DNA of 64,000 nt from an uncultured bacterium (GCA_963702025.1 OY969699.1:1248001-1312000); one strand, 5' to 3'; shown: positions 1 through 9,878, numbered from the stretch's first letter. The notes: generated from the letters alone by a model not told the origin. Program-made: numbers and translations.

Positions 1-582
1 AAGGGTACGAGTTGGGGCTTGGTTGGCGCCAGCGTTACCAAGAATGGTATTATCGGGAACTTAGAGCGGCTTTTCAAGTCCGCAAAAGCGAAAGACTACC
101 AGGTGCTCATCTCACCCCATTATTTCTATCCCACCGATGGCGACTGGAAGATCAATGGCCCGCTGGAAGCGGTAGAGTTGAAAACACATACCTTCGCGCG
201 GACCGGACCACTCGATTTAACCGGATTTACAAATTCAGGCGCAGACTGGCTAGACCGTTTTAAGCCATACATCAACGATGGCAAGACAATTGTTGTTAGC
301 CCACACAAGGTGTTTGGCCCGCAGACCAATGACCTCGTTTTACAGCTACGCAAGAGAGGAATCGGCAAGATCATTCTGGGCGGAATGTTGGCGAACATGT
401 GCGTTGAATCCCATTTGCGCGAGTTCCTTGAGCAAGGGTTCGAAGTTGCCGTTGTAAAAGATGCAATCGCTGGGCCCATTCATCCGGAATGGGGCAATGG
501 CTATGAGGCGGCGCTGATCAACTACCACTTTCTGGCGCATGCGGTGCTATCGACTGAAGAAGCAGTTGCACGCATGGCATAA
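1..582 (+). CDS. Isochorismatase/cysteine hydrolase family protein, 5'-partial
   Basis: Frame is open from base 1 (KGTSWGLVGASV...). Motifs SPHK, GMLANMCVESHLRE and GFEVAVVKDA. Visibly more GC-rich than its neighbours. Confidence 0.85.
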   Translation, partial: KGTSWGLVGASVTKNGIIGNLERLFKSAKAKDYQVLISPHYFYPTDGDWKINGPLEAVELKTHTFARTGPLDLTGFTNSGADWLDRFKPYINDGKTIVVSPHKVFGPQTNDLVLQLRKRGIGKIILGGMLANMCVESHLREFLEQGFEVAVVKDAIAGPIHPEWGNGYEAALINYHFLAHAVLSTEEAVARMA

Positions 583-606
583 TCTCCCTCTACACTCAAG
601 TGCGTA

Positions 607-1602
607 TCATACTTTTTGCTTTTTTTTAGATGGTTCTAGATCTTGTGCTCTACCAGCTATGTGATGAATAATTTTGAAAATAAGCAATTTTGCATTATCT
701 GAGAGGTTAAACTGATCGGGGCTATTTTCTGTCCATGAACTCTTGGGAAAATGCTGAACAAGTCTATCATTAAAGAGAATATTCATTTGTTCGCGTGCAA
801 GATTAAATATTAATTTTTTTTCAATTGCGTGAACATTGTTGTTACTCAAATCACATACATAGGAATACCTGGCATCTTTTATATGTATTGATTTAGAAGT
901 AAGCGCCTGCTCCTTCATATGAAATACATGATACCCTACGCTATTTTGTAAACTTTTTTCTTCAACCCCTTCTTTGCGCGCGATAGCATTGAGAATATAA
1001 ACAAATGAGGCAAACCCCCGTGCAGAACTAATAAAATCAGCAAAAATAGTTTTTTGTGATTTTATACTATGGCGTTCTATAATCGTTTTTGGGTCCAGTT
1101 GTAACGATTTTAGATACTCTGTATATGATGCGATCTCCTTTTCTGTAGGAATATTCTTGGTAGATGCTACAAATTCCTTTCTTTGATCATGTATACCAAC
1201 CTCATCCAGAAATTTGCCGGAGAATGCAAGATACCGATACTCAGTTTTACTATTTTTCGTTAATTCATTGAGAAGCTGGGCAGCTTTAATTATGTATGCC
1301 GGAGATTGCCCCACTGAAACAATAACATTTCCCGTATAACGGTGATTTATTTCTTCAGAAACAGCAATAAGTGTATCTCTATTTTTTGTATCACTTAAAG
1401 CATGATTCTCGCCATCCATCGGTTTATTAAGTGCAACATTAAACCGATCATTAAAATGTGCAATGGTCTTTTCAGGACATGCACCATATTCTTGTATTGA
1501 AAGAGGCGGTTGGGAGGCTATCAAAGTGTTACTAATAAAAAAAAGTATGAAGAAAAAGCTCTCAACTTTTTGTAAATTCATGACGGAAATAATTTCTTTC
1601 AT
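607..1602 (-). CDS. Secreted hypothetical protein with C-terminal NLS-like PSKKKQKV
   Basis: 331-aa ORF with a hydrophobic N-terminal segment (FFFILFFISNTLIA) and a basic C-terminal tail. Confidence 0.75.
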   Translation of the reverse strand: MKEIISVMNLQKVESFFFILFFISNTLIASQPPLSIQEYGACPEKTIAHFNDRFNVALNKPMDGENHALSDTKNRDTLIAVSEEINHRYTGNVIVSVGQSPAYIIKAAQLLNELTKNSKTEYRYLAFSGKFLDEVGIHDQRKEFVASTKNIPTEKEIASYTEYLKSLQLDPKTIIERHSIKSQKTIFADFISSARGFASFVYILNAIARKEGVEEKSLQNSVGYHVFHMKEQALTSKSIHIKDARYSYVCDLSNNNVHAIEKKLIFNLAREQMNILFNDRLVQHFPKSSWTENSPDQFNLSDNAKLLIFKIIHHIAGRAQDLEPSKKKQKV

Positions 1603-1805
1603 AAGATTGTCCCTATAGATGAATAATTAAAAGTGAATTTGCAATTCATTTAACTATAAGTTTAATTGTTTTCAAATCAATATCTATGAAGAACATTCAA
1701 AAAACATTTTTATGTTTATCTAGATTTGCTTAGATTTTGATTGCTTCCCCCAATCCGCATTACGTATGCTTTTTACATCTACTACAAAAATATATTAGGG
1801 GAACT

Positions 1806-3161
1806 ATGAAAATAACTTTTTTGGGTGCTACGCAAGAAGTCACCGGATCAAAATACCTTGTCGAACAAGACACTACAAAACTATTAGTTGATTGCGGGTT
1901 GTTTCAAGGGAGCTATAAAACCACTCAGCGTAATTGGCATGAATTTCTGGTAAATCCTGCAAGTATTAATGCGGTCGTTTTAACTCATGCGCACATTGAT
2001 CATACCGGTTATATCCCCTTATTAGTAAAAAATGGTTTTAAAGGTCCTATTTATTGTTCTCAAGCAACGTTTGAGTTGTGCCAAATCTTATTAATCGATA
2101 ATGGCAATTTACAAGAAGAAGCAACAAAGCGATATAATGAGCGCAAAGATGTTAACAATCCGGTAGAGCAACCGCTTTATACGAGTGCCGATGCACAGTA
2201 TTCATTACGTTTTTTTCACGTTATTGATTATGAAAAGCCCTTAAGTATCGGCACACTTACTATCTCCTTAATTCGTTGTAGCCACATCCTGGGTTCAGCA
2301 TTTGTTGTGGTATCAGATGGAAAAAAAACGCTCAGCTTTTCAGGGGATCTTGGCAGTCCTAAGCAGTTGATAATGAAATCTCCCGATTATCTCGAGAAGA
2401 CCGATTATTTAGTTCTTGAATCAACGTATGGCGATAGGCTGCATGCAGAGGGTGATCCAATTGCTATGCTGGGACAACTGATAAATAAAACTGTTGAACG
2501 TGGCGGCGTAATTTTAATACCGGCCTTTGCGGTGGGCAGAACGCAAACAGTTTTGTATTGCTTGTATCAGCTAAAACAAAAAAAGAGTATTCCTGATATT
2601 CCCATTTTTTTAGATAGCCCGATGGCCATTAGTGTTACGCAACTTTTTTGCAAATTTAAAGAGGATTACACCCTGCCTGTTTCTTTATGTAAAGAGATAT
2701 TAGGTATTGCTACCTCAACACCCACGGTAGAAGATTCAAAACGTTTGGATAAGCTTACCGGTCCTGCAATCATTGTTGCCGGAAGTGGCATGGTGGATGG
2801 CGGCCGCATGATGCATCACATACCAACGTATATTTCCGATCCTAAAAACACGGTCATACTTGTCGGTTATCAGGGCGAGGGAACCACCGGACGTGATTTA
2901 GTTAATGGCACTAAGGAACTGCATCTATTTGGCCAAAACTATGAAGTTCATGCAAAAATAAAAATGATAGATCTTTTTTCAGCGCATGCTGATTACAACG
3001 AAATTTTAGAATGGCTCTCTCATCTTGAGCAGGCTCCTAAAAAAATATTTCTCACGCATGGAGAACTTGCAGCAGCACAATCGTTAAAAAAGAAAATAGA
3101 GGATCGCTTTGGCTGGTCGGTAGTTATTCCAAAGTATCAAGAATCTTTTGATTTGAATTGA
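1806..3161 (+). CDS. Metallo-beta-lactamase beta-CASP RNase family protein
   Basis: MKITFLGA...VTGS, DCGLFQG, THAHIDH, HILGS, SGDLG, ESTYG, FSAHAD and THGE motifs. Start moved to the ATG at 1806 after AGGGGA. Confidence 0.93.
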   Translation: MKITFLGATQEVTGSKYLVEQDTTKLLVDCGLFQGSYKTTQRNWHEFLVNPASINAVVLTHAHIDHTGYIPLLVKNGFKGPIYCSQATFELCQILLIDNGNLQEEATKRYNERKDVNNPVEQPLYTSADAQYSLRFFHVIDYEKPLSIGTLTISLIRCSHILGSAFVVVSDGKKTLSFSGDLGSPKQLIMKSPDYLEKTDYLVLESTYGDRLHAEGDPIAMLGQLINKTVERGGVILIPAFAVGRTQTVLYCLYQLKQKKSIPDIPIFLDSPMAISVTQLFCKFKEDYTLPVSLCKEILGIATSTPTVEDSKRLDKLTGPAIIVAGSGMVDGGRMMHHIPTYISDPKNTVILVGYQGEGTTGRDLVNGTKELHLFGQNYEVHAKIKMIDLFSAHADYNEILEWLSHLEQAPKKIFLTHGELAAAQSLKKKIEDRFGWSVVIPKYQESFDLN

Positions 3162-3229
3162 TTAAGCAACGCTCTAAAACCCAGTTTTTTGAGTCAAAAA
3201 AACATATTGAAGTATCGGCCTAGTTCTCA

Positions 3230-4363
3230 TTACCATTGTTTTTCATCTTTTTTAGATTCTGCTTGTTCTAAGTCAAGAATTTTTTTCTTAAGTTTTTCAG
3301 CTATGTCAAGGGTATCCATACCAGATTTTTTTTGATCAGCATTTTTGAAAAAAGGAATTGCTTGCTGGAAGTATGCCAAAGCCTTGTTTTTGTCTTGTGA
3401 AACGCCATGGCCAAATTCGTATAATTGGCCGAGTATATATTGTGCATAAGCTTTATAAACTGCTTCTTCTTTTGAATGAGTAACAAGTTCAAAATAATAT
3501 TTTCCTCTCTCAAAATCTTTATTTCTCAAAAACCACAAGCCTATATGAGTTCTCGATTGAGCTAGAAAATCATCCCTTGTATCGCTGGGGGAGATGCCAC
3601 GCTCTTTCATTGAGGCTATGGCCTCAGGCGATGGCTTTTCTAAATAATTAGTGGTAAAGAAGGATACCAATTCAATGGGGGATATTTCTTTATTGGGCAC
3701 AATGACACTAAAATTTTTTTCGCCTGGATGCAAATAATAATAGAATAAGCTTTTTATTTCCTGGCGATTCAGTGGATTTTCAAGTTTTTTTATGAGCGGA
3801 GCTTGAGCTGCTTCAAGAGCCATTAAAAGATCCTGATTAAGTGGCAATGTCTCTTGTATCTCAGCCTCATCAAGGCCAATATCTTGTAGCATTGCAATTA
3901 ATTGCTGTCGTGCTTGGTTCACGGGTTGGCCAACTGCTTGAGCTGCTGGAACCGGTTGATTTACATGAGATATGGGTAGAGCGTTATAATCTTTTTTAAT
4001 AATTCGAGTTGCAATTTCTAAATCGGGAATTGCGGTGCCAAAAAGAAATTTGTTTAATGGTTTTGCATGAACATAATGCCTTACAGTTTTGCCATTTACC
4101 TCAGTCTCCATCCCACCTAATATATAGCCTGCGTTGTTCTCTTTTTGTTCTTCAATTAATTCAGTAAATGATGCATGATCGATAGGATCTTCACTATCTA
4201 AGTCAAATTCTTCTAGATTTTCATTTATTGGTATATATGCAATATTTTTTTTCTTCAAAGCATTGTGCTCTTGTGGATTTAGGCTTTCCATTGCTGTGAC
4301 GATTTTTACAGTAGGCAAGACTGATAATAATAATAAGAAAAGACAAAATCGTGATCGTTGCAT
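3230..4363 (-). CDS. Secreted Sel1-repeat protein, possible degenerate U-box-like N-terminal domain
   Basis: Signal peptide MQRSRFCLFLLLLSVL. Sel1 repeat AQYILGQLYEFGHGVSQDKNKALAYFQQA. Confidence 0.75.
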   Translation of the reverse strand: MQRSRFCLFLLLLSVLPTVKIVTAMESLNPQEHNALKKKNIAYIPINENLEEFDLDSEDPIDHASFTELIEEQKENNAGYILGGMETEVNGKTVRHYVHAKPLNKFLFGTAIPDLEIATRIIKKDYNALPISHVNQPVPAAQAVGQPVNQARQQLIAMLQDIGLDEAEIQETLPLNQDLLMALEAAQAPLIKKLENPLNRQEIKSLFYYYLHPGEKNFSVIVPNKEISPIELVSFFTTNYLEKPSPEAIASMKERGISPSDTRDDFLAQSRTHIGLWFLRNKDFERGKYYFELVTHSKEEAVYKAYAQYILGQLYEFGHGVSQDKNKALAYFQQAIPFFKNADQKKSGMDTLDIAEKLKKKILDLEQAESKKDEKQW

Positions 4364-4507
4364 AGTTGCAATCCTTTCAATTAAAACTAAAGATAATAAC
4401 CGTTTGATATACAGGACTATTTTCTCATAAGACAAAAAACATAATTTAGAAAGATATTATATATAAGACAAGGTTAAATAACAATATAAGCCAGCATTTG
4501 AATCAGA

Positions 4508-5293
4508 CTAGTCTTGAAATAAATGATGCAAATACCGCTCGGGATTATCCAAGAAACGTTTGGTGATTTGATAGTGATCGGTATCGGTGTACGCGTTTCT
4601 TTGGATCGCATCACCGTCGCATGAATAGATTGTCGCCTCGGGATATGCTAACAATATTGGCGAATGCGTGGCGATAATAAATTGCGCATCAGGATTCTTG
4701 CATATTTCATGAATAATAACCAGTAATGAGAGCTGCCGTTGTGGCGAAAGCGCCGCTTCCGGTTCGTCGAATATAAAGAAACCGCCATACCCTAAACGGG
4801 TTTTAAAGAATGATAAAAAGCTTTCCCCATGAGATTGTTCATGCAGTGATTTGCCGCCGTATGAATCGTAAATAGCTGCGTCAAATTGCGCAATAGAATC
4901 AATATAATTAGCAACATTATAAAAACTTTCTGCTCTAAAAAAATAGCCGTTGCGTGGTTTCATTCGCCAAGAAAGCGTTAATTGATCGGCAAACTGCTGC
5001 GTGCCAGTATAATGCTCTTCTTGTGATGTCTTAAAATTAATGTTTTTGCTGCCGCCTTCGGCGCCAAATCCTGCTTTATTGGCAATAGCCTCTAAAAGTG
5101 TCGATTTTCCCGAACCATTTTCACCAATAAAAAAAGTAACTTGCGTAGGAAATTCAACCTCTTTTAAATTCTGAATGATCGGTAAAGAAAATGGATATTG
5201 AGTAAAATCAATTGCATCCGCAAAACTGATTTTAACTTTGTCTAAGAGTGGGCCGTCGAGAGTGGGAGTTGATTTTTTTGCTCTATTCTTCAT
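4508..5293 (-). CDS. Stand-alone ABC-type ATPase (COG3910-like)
   Basis: Walker A GENGSGKST, then SLHEQSHGESF, FDEPEAALSPQRQ and IATHSPILL. Start moved to MKNRAKK. Confidence 0.9.
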   Translation of the reverse strand: MKNRAKKSTPTLDGPLLDKVKISFADAIDFTQYPFSLPIIQNLKEVEFPTQVTFFIGENGSGKSTLLEAIANKAGFGAEGGSKNINFKTSQEEHYTGTQQFADQLTLSWRMKPRNGYFFRAESFYNVANYIDSIAQFDAAIYDSYGGKSLHEQSHGESFLSFFKTRLGYGGFFIFDEPEAALSPQRQLSLLVIIHEICKNPDAQFIIATHSPILLAYPEATIYSCDGDAIQRNAYTDTDHYQITKRFLDNPERYLHHLFQD

Positions 5294-5450
5294 AGAAAAA
5301 GTATAACAAGAATTCTTCTTTGGATACAGTGAGTCTTCTTTGATGCTATTAATGGCACCTTTGTATGGCTCCCCCCCTTTACTTTTCTCTTTATTCCCTG
5401 TATTCTCAATAATATTACAAATAGAGTTAAATAATATAGGAGATACTCTC

Positions 5451-6155
5451 ATGAAAAAGATCATATTGGCAATTGCCTTACTTCCCTTTTACCCGGCCCA
5501 TCTTCAAGGATGCCAGCCCCCTGCTGACGCCCTTGTTAGCCTGGGAAGGGACTGTCAGATTGCCTATCAGATGAAAATTAATGGATTTCGTAAAGAAGCC
5601 CTACCCTTTGATCAACTTTTAACCTCCTGCGATTCCCTTTCGAATATGCTTTCAGAACGCCTTGAAGGATTCCTGGAACCATCAAATTTCGCACTCATCA
5701 CTAAGGGGAACCCGGCTGTTAATGGAGGAAATTATGTTCTTGATGAAAAATATAAGAGCTATCTTATTCATGATTTTAAACTCAATAAAGAATACATGGA
5801 TGATTTTAACCGCATTAAAGAGGCCTATCAGCGTCGCATCAAACGATTATTGGAAATAATCGATAAAAGTGCTCATCCTCTTTTTATTAGAAAAGAAGCA
5901 TCCAAAGAACAAGCATTAGCAATCCATAAGATATTGACTACGTTGCGAAATAATAAGCCTTTTACGCTCGCGGTTTTAGACACTACGCCGGAAATAAAAG
6001 AAGATTGGAACTTAAAAGAACACGGTATTCGTAACTTCTATTTGCGCCAACCTGAACCCTATGAATGGACCGGGGACAACAATGCATGGAAAGAAATATT
6101 TACTTCATTAGGATTGTCTTTACCGTCGAAAGAAAACAGTACCACTGAAAAATAA
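5451..6155 (+). CDS. DUF1796-like putative papain-like cysteine peptidase, exported
   Basis: VSLGRDC, LPFD, IHDF and Y.RRI.R motifs. Signal peptide. AGGAG RBS before the ATG at 5451. Confidence 0.7.
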   Translation: MKKIILAIALLPFYPAHLQGCQPPADALVSLGRDCQIAYQMKINGFRKEALPFDQLLTSCDSLSNMLSERLEGFLEPSNFALITKGNPAVNGGNYVLDEKYKSYLIHDFKLNKEYMDDFNRIKEAYQRRIKRLLEIIDKSAHPLFIRKEASKEQALAIHKILTTLRNNKPFTLAVLDTTPEIKEDWNLKEHGIRNFYLRQPEPYEWTGDNNAWKEIFTSLGLSLPSKENSTTEK

Positions 6156-6265
6156 TTAATTTAAAAACATTCGTCACATATCTTCATTGACAGCAACTAT
6201 CTTTCGTGTAGTCTTTTCCAAAACTAAATTACACAAACGTCGCTCAAAGCCATTAGGGGACATTC

Positions 6266-8107
6266 ATGAAAGTTGTTCGATTCATTGCAGTCATTATAGC
6301 ATGCTTTTTTTGCCTGCCGGTTATGGGCATGGCAAGAGAATTGACCAGAGGCGATGCTTTAAACACTGCAATACATATAATGGCCCTGCAAAAAATTCAC
6401 CAAGAAGGTTTGGTTGCCGGCACACCGGTAAAAACGGCAACTGGGCACAAACCAATCGAACTAATCAAGCTGCATGACCTAATCATCGGCACCGACCTTA
6501 ACGGGAAAAATTATGAACGAACCGTTCGGGCCGTTGAAAAAAGGCAGGTGTGCGAATATGTCAAAATTTCCATAGGTGACCAACTTATTTGCGTTGCGCC
6601 CGATCAAAAATTTTATTGTCCGCAAGAAAAAGCATGGATCGCGGCAAAAGATCTCACCACTTCGCATGTCTTGCTTACCGGAGATCCGGCACATTCTCGC
6701 CTTAAATCTATTGAAAAGGTAAGGGAATCGGCAGAAGTATACACTCTCACGGTTGATGGACACAATCTTTATATAACACCTTATAATGTTTTGGTGCATA
6801 ATGCGTGCCTCGCGCTGCCGGCACTAGCCCAGATAACATTGGCAAGAATTATTCTTTTTCATCCCATAACGGCAACGATTGGCGAGAGAATTCCTTTAAA
6901 TATTTTTAACGCAAAAGTTTATAACGTATTACCAAACGTCATGAGTCCTGATGCGTTAAAACCGTTTGCCTCACTAACTCAGCAAGAAATAGATAATAAC
7001 TTATTGCAAGAAAGAACTTACTACCAAAACCGCAAATTTGAGCTCGCCCAACTCAAAGAGCAATTTATAAGAGTAAAAACTGACATTGAAGTAATTTCCC
7101 GGCAATTCCATCCATTGGGAAAAGCATTAACAGCTGGTCTTTTAAATCAAGTTATTACTGAAGCTCCTCTTTTGCCGCAACCTACCGCCCAGCAGGAATT
7201 ACAATTAAATGATACTCAAAAAAATGAACTCACCCAGTTGCGTGAGAAGGATCTAGAAATTCACGAAAAGCAGATTGAAGATCTTCAAATTGCCATTGGT
7301 GTTCATATCGATGAATTGGTGAGGCAATATAATGAAACAAATAAATATCTTGATGAAATTATTCCTCAATTCAATATGGTTAGTAGATCCTGGAACTACT
7401 CCCGAGACTTTTCACTCCAAACAGTTATAAACCACTATGAGATTGTATTAAATGCTGAACAGATCTATACCACTCTCCGTGAACAAATCAGCGAATTGAA
7501 ACTTATTATCCACCATTATAAAAATTCACCCAAAGCCCAAGTATTGAAAAACACCTCCAACATCAATGAACTTTTCTCGCTCGAGCAAACATTGACTGAT
7601 CAAGACAATAGCTATAAATACAACAAAGATGTTGTGATACCGGAAGTCCGATGCGTTTTAGAACAAAGTCTGTGCAATTATGGTGTTCACGTTACCCGCG
7701 CTAAAGAAAACATAATCGCAAATCTTAAAAACAAAAAAAATAATCGGCAAGCACAAGCGGTACGAGAGGCCCAAAATAAAAAAAGCACACAGCAATTTCC
7801 TAAGCAACCAAAAAAAGATGATAAAGAAGATGAGAAAAAGAAACATCCTAATGGCAAATATGATGGCGCAGAGTATCATCACCCAAATAGCAGAGGCAGA
7901 AAGAGTCCCGGGCCCAAGGATGGACAAAAAGCTTTGGATAATTCGGTAGAGATAACAAATTCATCATTTAGACGTATTGGCACCAGCGAAGGGGAAATAG
8001 TATTACTCCATAGGACAGCAGAAGGCATATATCATGGCTATGTAAGAAATTTAGCTGACCTTTCAGATCAAATGATACGCGCATTAAAAAATGCTAATTT
8101 AATATAA
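6266..8107 (+). CDS. Polymorphic-toxin-like protein: signal peptide, Hint domain, helical region, CdiA/Rhs-CT-like toxin tip
   Basis: Hint domain runs from GLVAGTPV to VYTLTVDG-HNLY...VLVHN (about 6407-6802). C-terminal YHH...PKDGQKALDNSV...RRIG...YHGYVR resembles CdiA/Rhs C-terminal toxin domains. Confidence 0.8.
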   Translation: MKVVRFIAVIIACFFCLPVMGMARELTRGDALNTAIHIMALQKIHQEGLVAGTPVKTATGHKPIELIKLHDLIIGTDLNGKNYERTVRAVEKRQVCEYVKISIGDQLICVAPDQKFYCPQEKAWIAAKDLTTSHVLLTGDPAHSRLKSIEKVRESAEVYTLTVDGHNLYITPYNVLVHNACLALPALAQITLARIILFHPITATIGERIPLNIFNAKVYNVLPNVMSPDALKPFASLTQQEIDNNLLQERTYYQNRKFELAQLKEQFIRVKTDIEVISRQFHPLGKALTAGLLNQVITEAPLLPQPTAQQELQLNDTQKNELTQLREKDLEIHEKQIEDLQIAIGVHIDELVRQYNETNKYLDEIIPQFNMVSRSWNYSRDFSLQTVINHYEIVLNAEQIYTTLREQISELKLIIHHYKNSPKAQVLKNTSNINELFSLEQTLTDQDNSYKYNKDVVIPEVRCVLEQSLCNYGVHVTRAKENIIANLKNKKNNRQAQAVREAQNKKSTQQFPKQPKKDDKEDEKKKHPNGKYDGAEYHHPNSRGRKSPGPKDGQKALDNSVEITNSSFRRIGTSEGEIVLLHRTAEGIYHGYVRNLADLSDQMIRALKNANLI

Positions 8108-8134
8108 ACTATTTCGATTTAGGATAAGATTTTC

Positions 8135-8704
8135 GTGAACAGTACTGACTTTGAATTCATTATTGATACAAAAAGTAGAATTACTATTTCTATACCGGAT
8201 GTACCGTTAAAAAATAATTATTACTATAAACCTATCAAAAAGCTTAATAAATTCGATGAAGCAACGGTCCAGCTAATAACCCTAAAAGAAAAATTAATTC
8301 TTCAAAAGGATATTCTTGATGATATTATTTTAGATTTAAGGGGATCCTTAAAAAAAGCACTATCAAATGAATTATTCTTACCCAATACTATTCAGCAATC
8401 GAATTGGGGCCTTGAGTTCAATCGATTACTTTATTATGACAATGAAATTAATTTGTCATATTTCTGGGTATGGTCATACACAAATAATATTCAAACTTTG
8501 CTTTATAATAGTCATAACAAAATATACCTTGAAATTGTTCCTACATGCCCAAATCTCGTGACTAACAAATCAAAACACACTGTTGATAAATTATTTAGAA
8601 GATTTATGAAAACCTATAAACCATATTTTGTTACTACTATTTCTCACGAAACAGCACAAAAATGGCTTGCACAATGTGAAGAAATAGTTAAAATTATTAC
8701 TTAA
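8135..8704 (+). CDS. Putative cognate immunity protein
   Basis: Starts 27 bp after the toxin gene. AT-rich. Shares motifs with the gene at 10289-11068. Confidence 0.6.
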   Translation: MNSTDFEFIIDTKSRITISIPDVPLKNNYYYKPIKKLNKFDEATVQLITLKEKLILQKDILDDIILDLRGSLKKALSNELFLPNTIQQSNWGLEFNRLLYYDNEINLSYFWVWSYTNNIQTLLYNSHNKIYLEIVPTCPNLVTNKSKHTVDKLFRRFMKTYKPYFVTTISHETAQKWLAQCEEIVKIIT

Positions 8705-8782
8705 ATTTAAAGTAAAAATTTAGTAAACTTTTTACAAATCACCATACTAGCATATTAACACTATTACAAAAGCGAGTGCATC

Positions 8783-9853
8783 ATGTACAAAAAATCCTTT
8801 TTTCTTTTATCAACAACAGCTGCATTGTTCGCTGAACAACAAGCCCCGCATCAGTTACCACAATTACCAATGTTGCAGCAGCTTGCATCACGAGCGGTAC
8901 ACCAATCAGCCGTTGCAACACAGGGTAATCAATTTCCCGAGGATATGCGTAAAGTTGTTCTTGAGGCCGCGCCATCCGAAATTAAAAAGCTCCTTAACGT
9001 AGTAAAAAATCGAGAATTCCCCGAACATCTCAAGCCGCGCAGAATTCTCTTGCATGGCCCTGCCGGTTGCGGCAAAACAACCTTGGCGCAAGTATTTGCG
9101 CAAGAAGCAGACATGCCATGCATATTTGTCCATTCGGCCTTACTGGGTAATGAATATCAAAACTCGGTTGCTTCAAATCTCCTGCGCCTACTTGAACCGC
9201 ACCTGAATGGGCCATGCGTAATCGTATTCGATGAGATAGAGATTCTTTTAAAAAAATCAAAAGACAATAAAGAAGATACCTCAATACAAATGATAAACAT
9301 ATTGGACCTGCTCGGCAGACGCCCCAACGTTCTTGTAATCGGTACCACCAATAATTTACAAGACATTGAAAAACCACTACAATCCCGCTTTGCAGCTGAC
9401 GCTATTGGCATGAAACTCGATCATTCTTTTGAACTGCGAAAAAAAATATTTCTAGCCCATGTTAAAAATGTACAATACAGTATTCCCGATACGTATTTCA
9501 ACAGCTTATTAAACTCAACCAAACATTTCTCCATCCGTGACATAGAAAGCTTAATCCGCTGGGCCTCAATGATTGCCTTTAATCGAAACTCAAAAATAGT
9601 CTCCCCCGAAGATTTTCAAGAGGCAATTAAACGTGTTGAAGAAGGTAGGAAAGCGTTCAGTAATGAAAGGGGCTGGAAAGACGCCGGTATTGATGTCGCT
9701 AAATGGACGGGAAAAGAAATAGCTGGCACAGTCGTTGGTGGATTAGCCACCACTGCACTTTACAAAATAATTCCTCAAAAACTACGTGAAAAAATTTCTT
9801 CCGTAACCGTTAATGTTGTAGTTACTGCTGCAAAGAAATCTCTTGGAAAATAA
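8783..9853 (+). CDS. Exported classical AAA ATPase with N-terminal BC-box-like motif
   Basis: Walker A GPAGCGKT, Walker B VIVFDE, VIGTTN, arginine finger LQSRF and lid EDFQEAI. Signal peptide. Confidence 0.88.
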   Translation: MYKKSFFLLSTTAALFAEQQAPHQLPQLPMLQQLASRAVHQSAVATQGNQFPEDMRKVVLEAAPSEIKKLLNVVKNREFPEHLKPRRILLHGPAGCGKTTLAQVFAQEADMPCIFVHSALLGNEYQNSVASNLLRLLEPHLNGPCVIVFDEIEILLKKSKDNKEDTSIQMINILDLLGRRPNVLVIGTTNNLQDIEKPLQSRFAADAIGMKLDHSFELRKKIFLAHVKNVQYSIPDTYFNSLLNSTKHFSIRDIESLIRWASMIAFNRNSKIVSPEDFQEAIKRVEEGRKAFSNERGWKDAGIDVAKWTGKEIAGTVVGGLATTALYKIIPQKLREKISSVTVNVVVTAAKKSLGK

Positions 9854-9878
9854 CAATAACTAAGCCGAAAGAAAGAAC

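Noticed and set aside
4508..5293. ATPase as part of an anti-phage defence system
   Set aside because: Stand-alone COG3910-like gene with no adjacent nuclease or other partner.
6407..6802. Hint domain as a true protein-splicing intein
   Set aside because: No N-terminal Cys/Ser, no block-B His, the +1 residue is Ala, and there is no conserved host protein or homing endonuclease.
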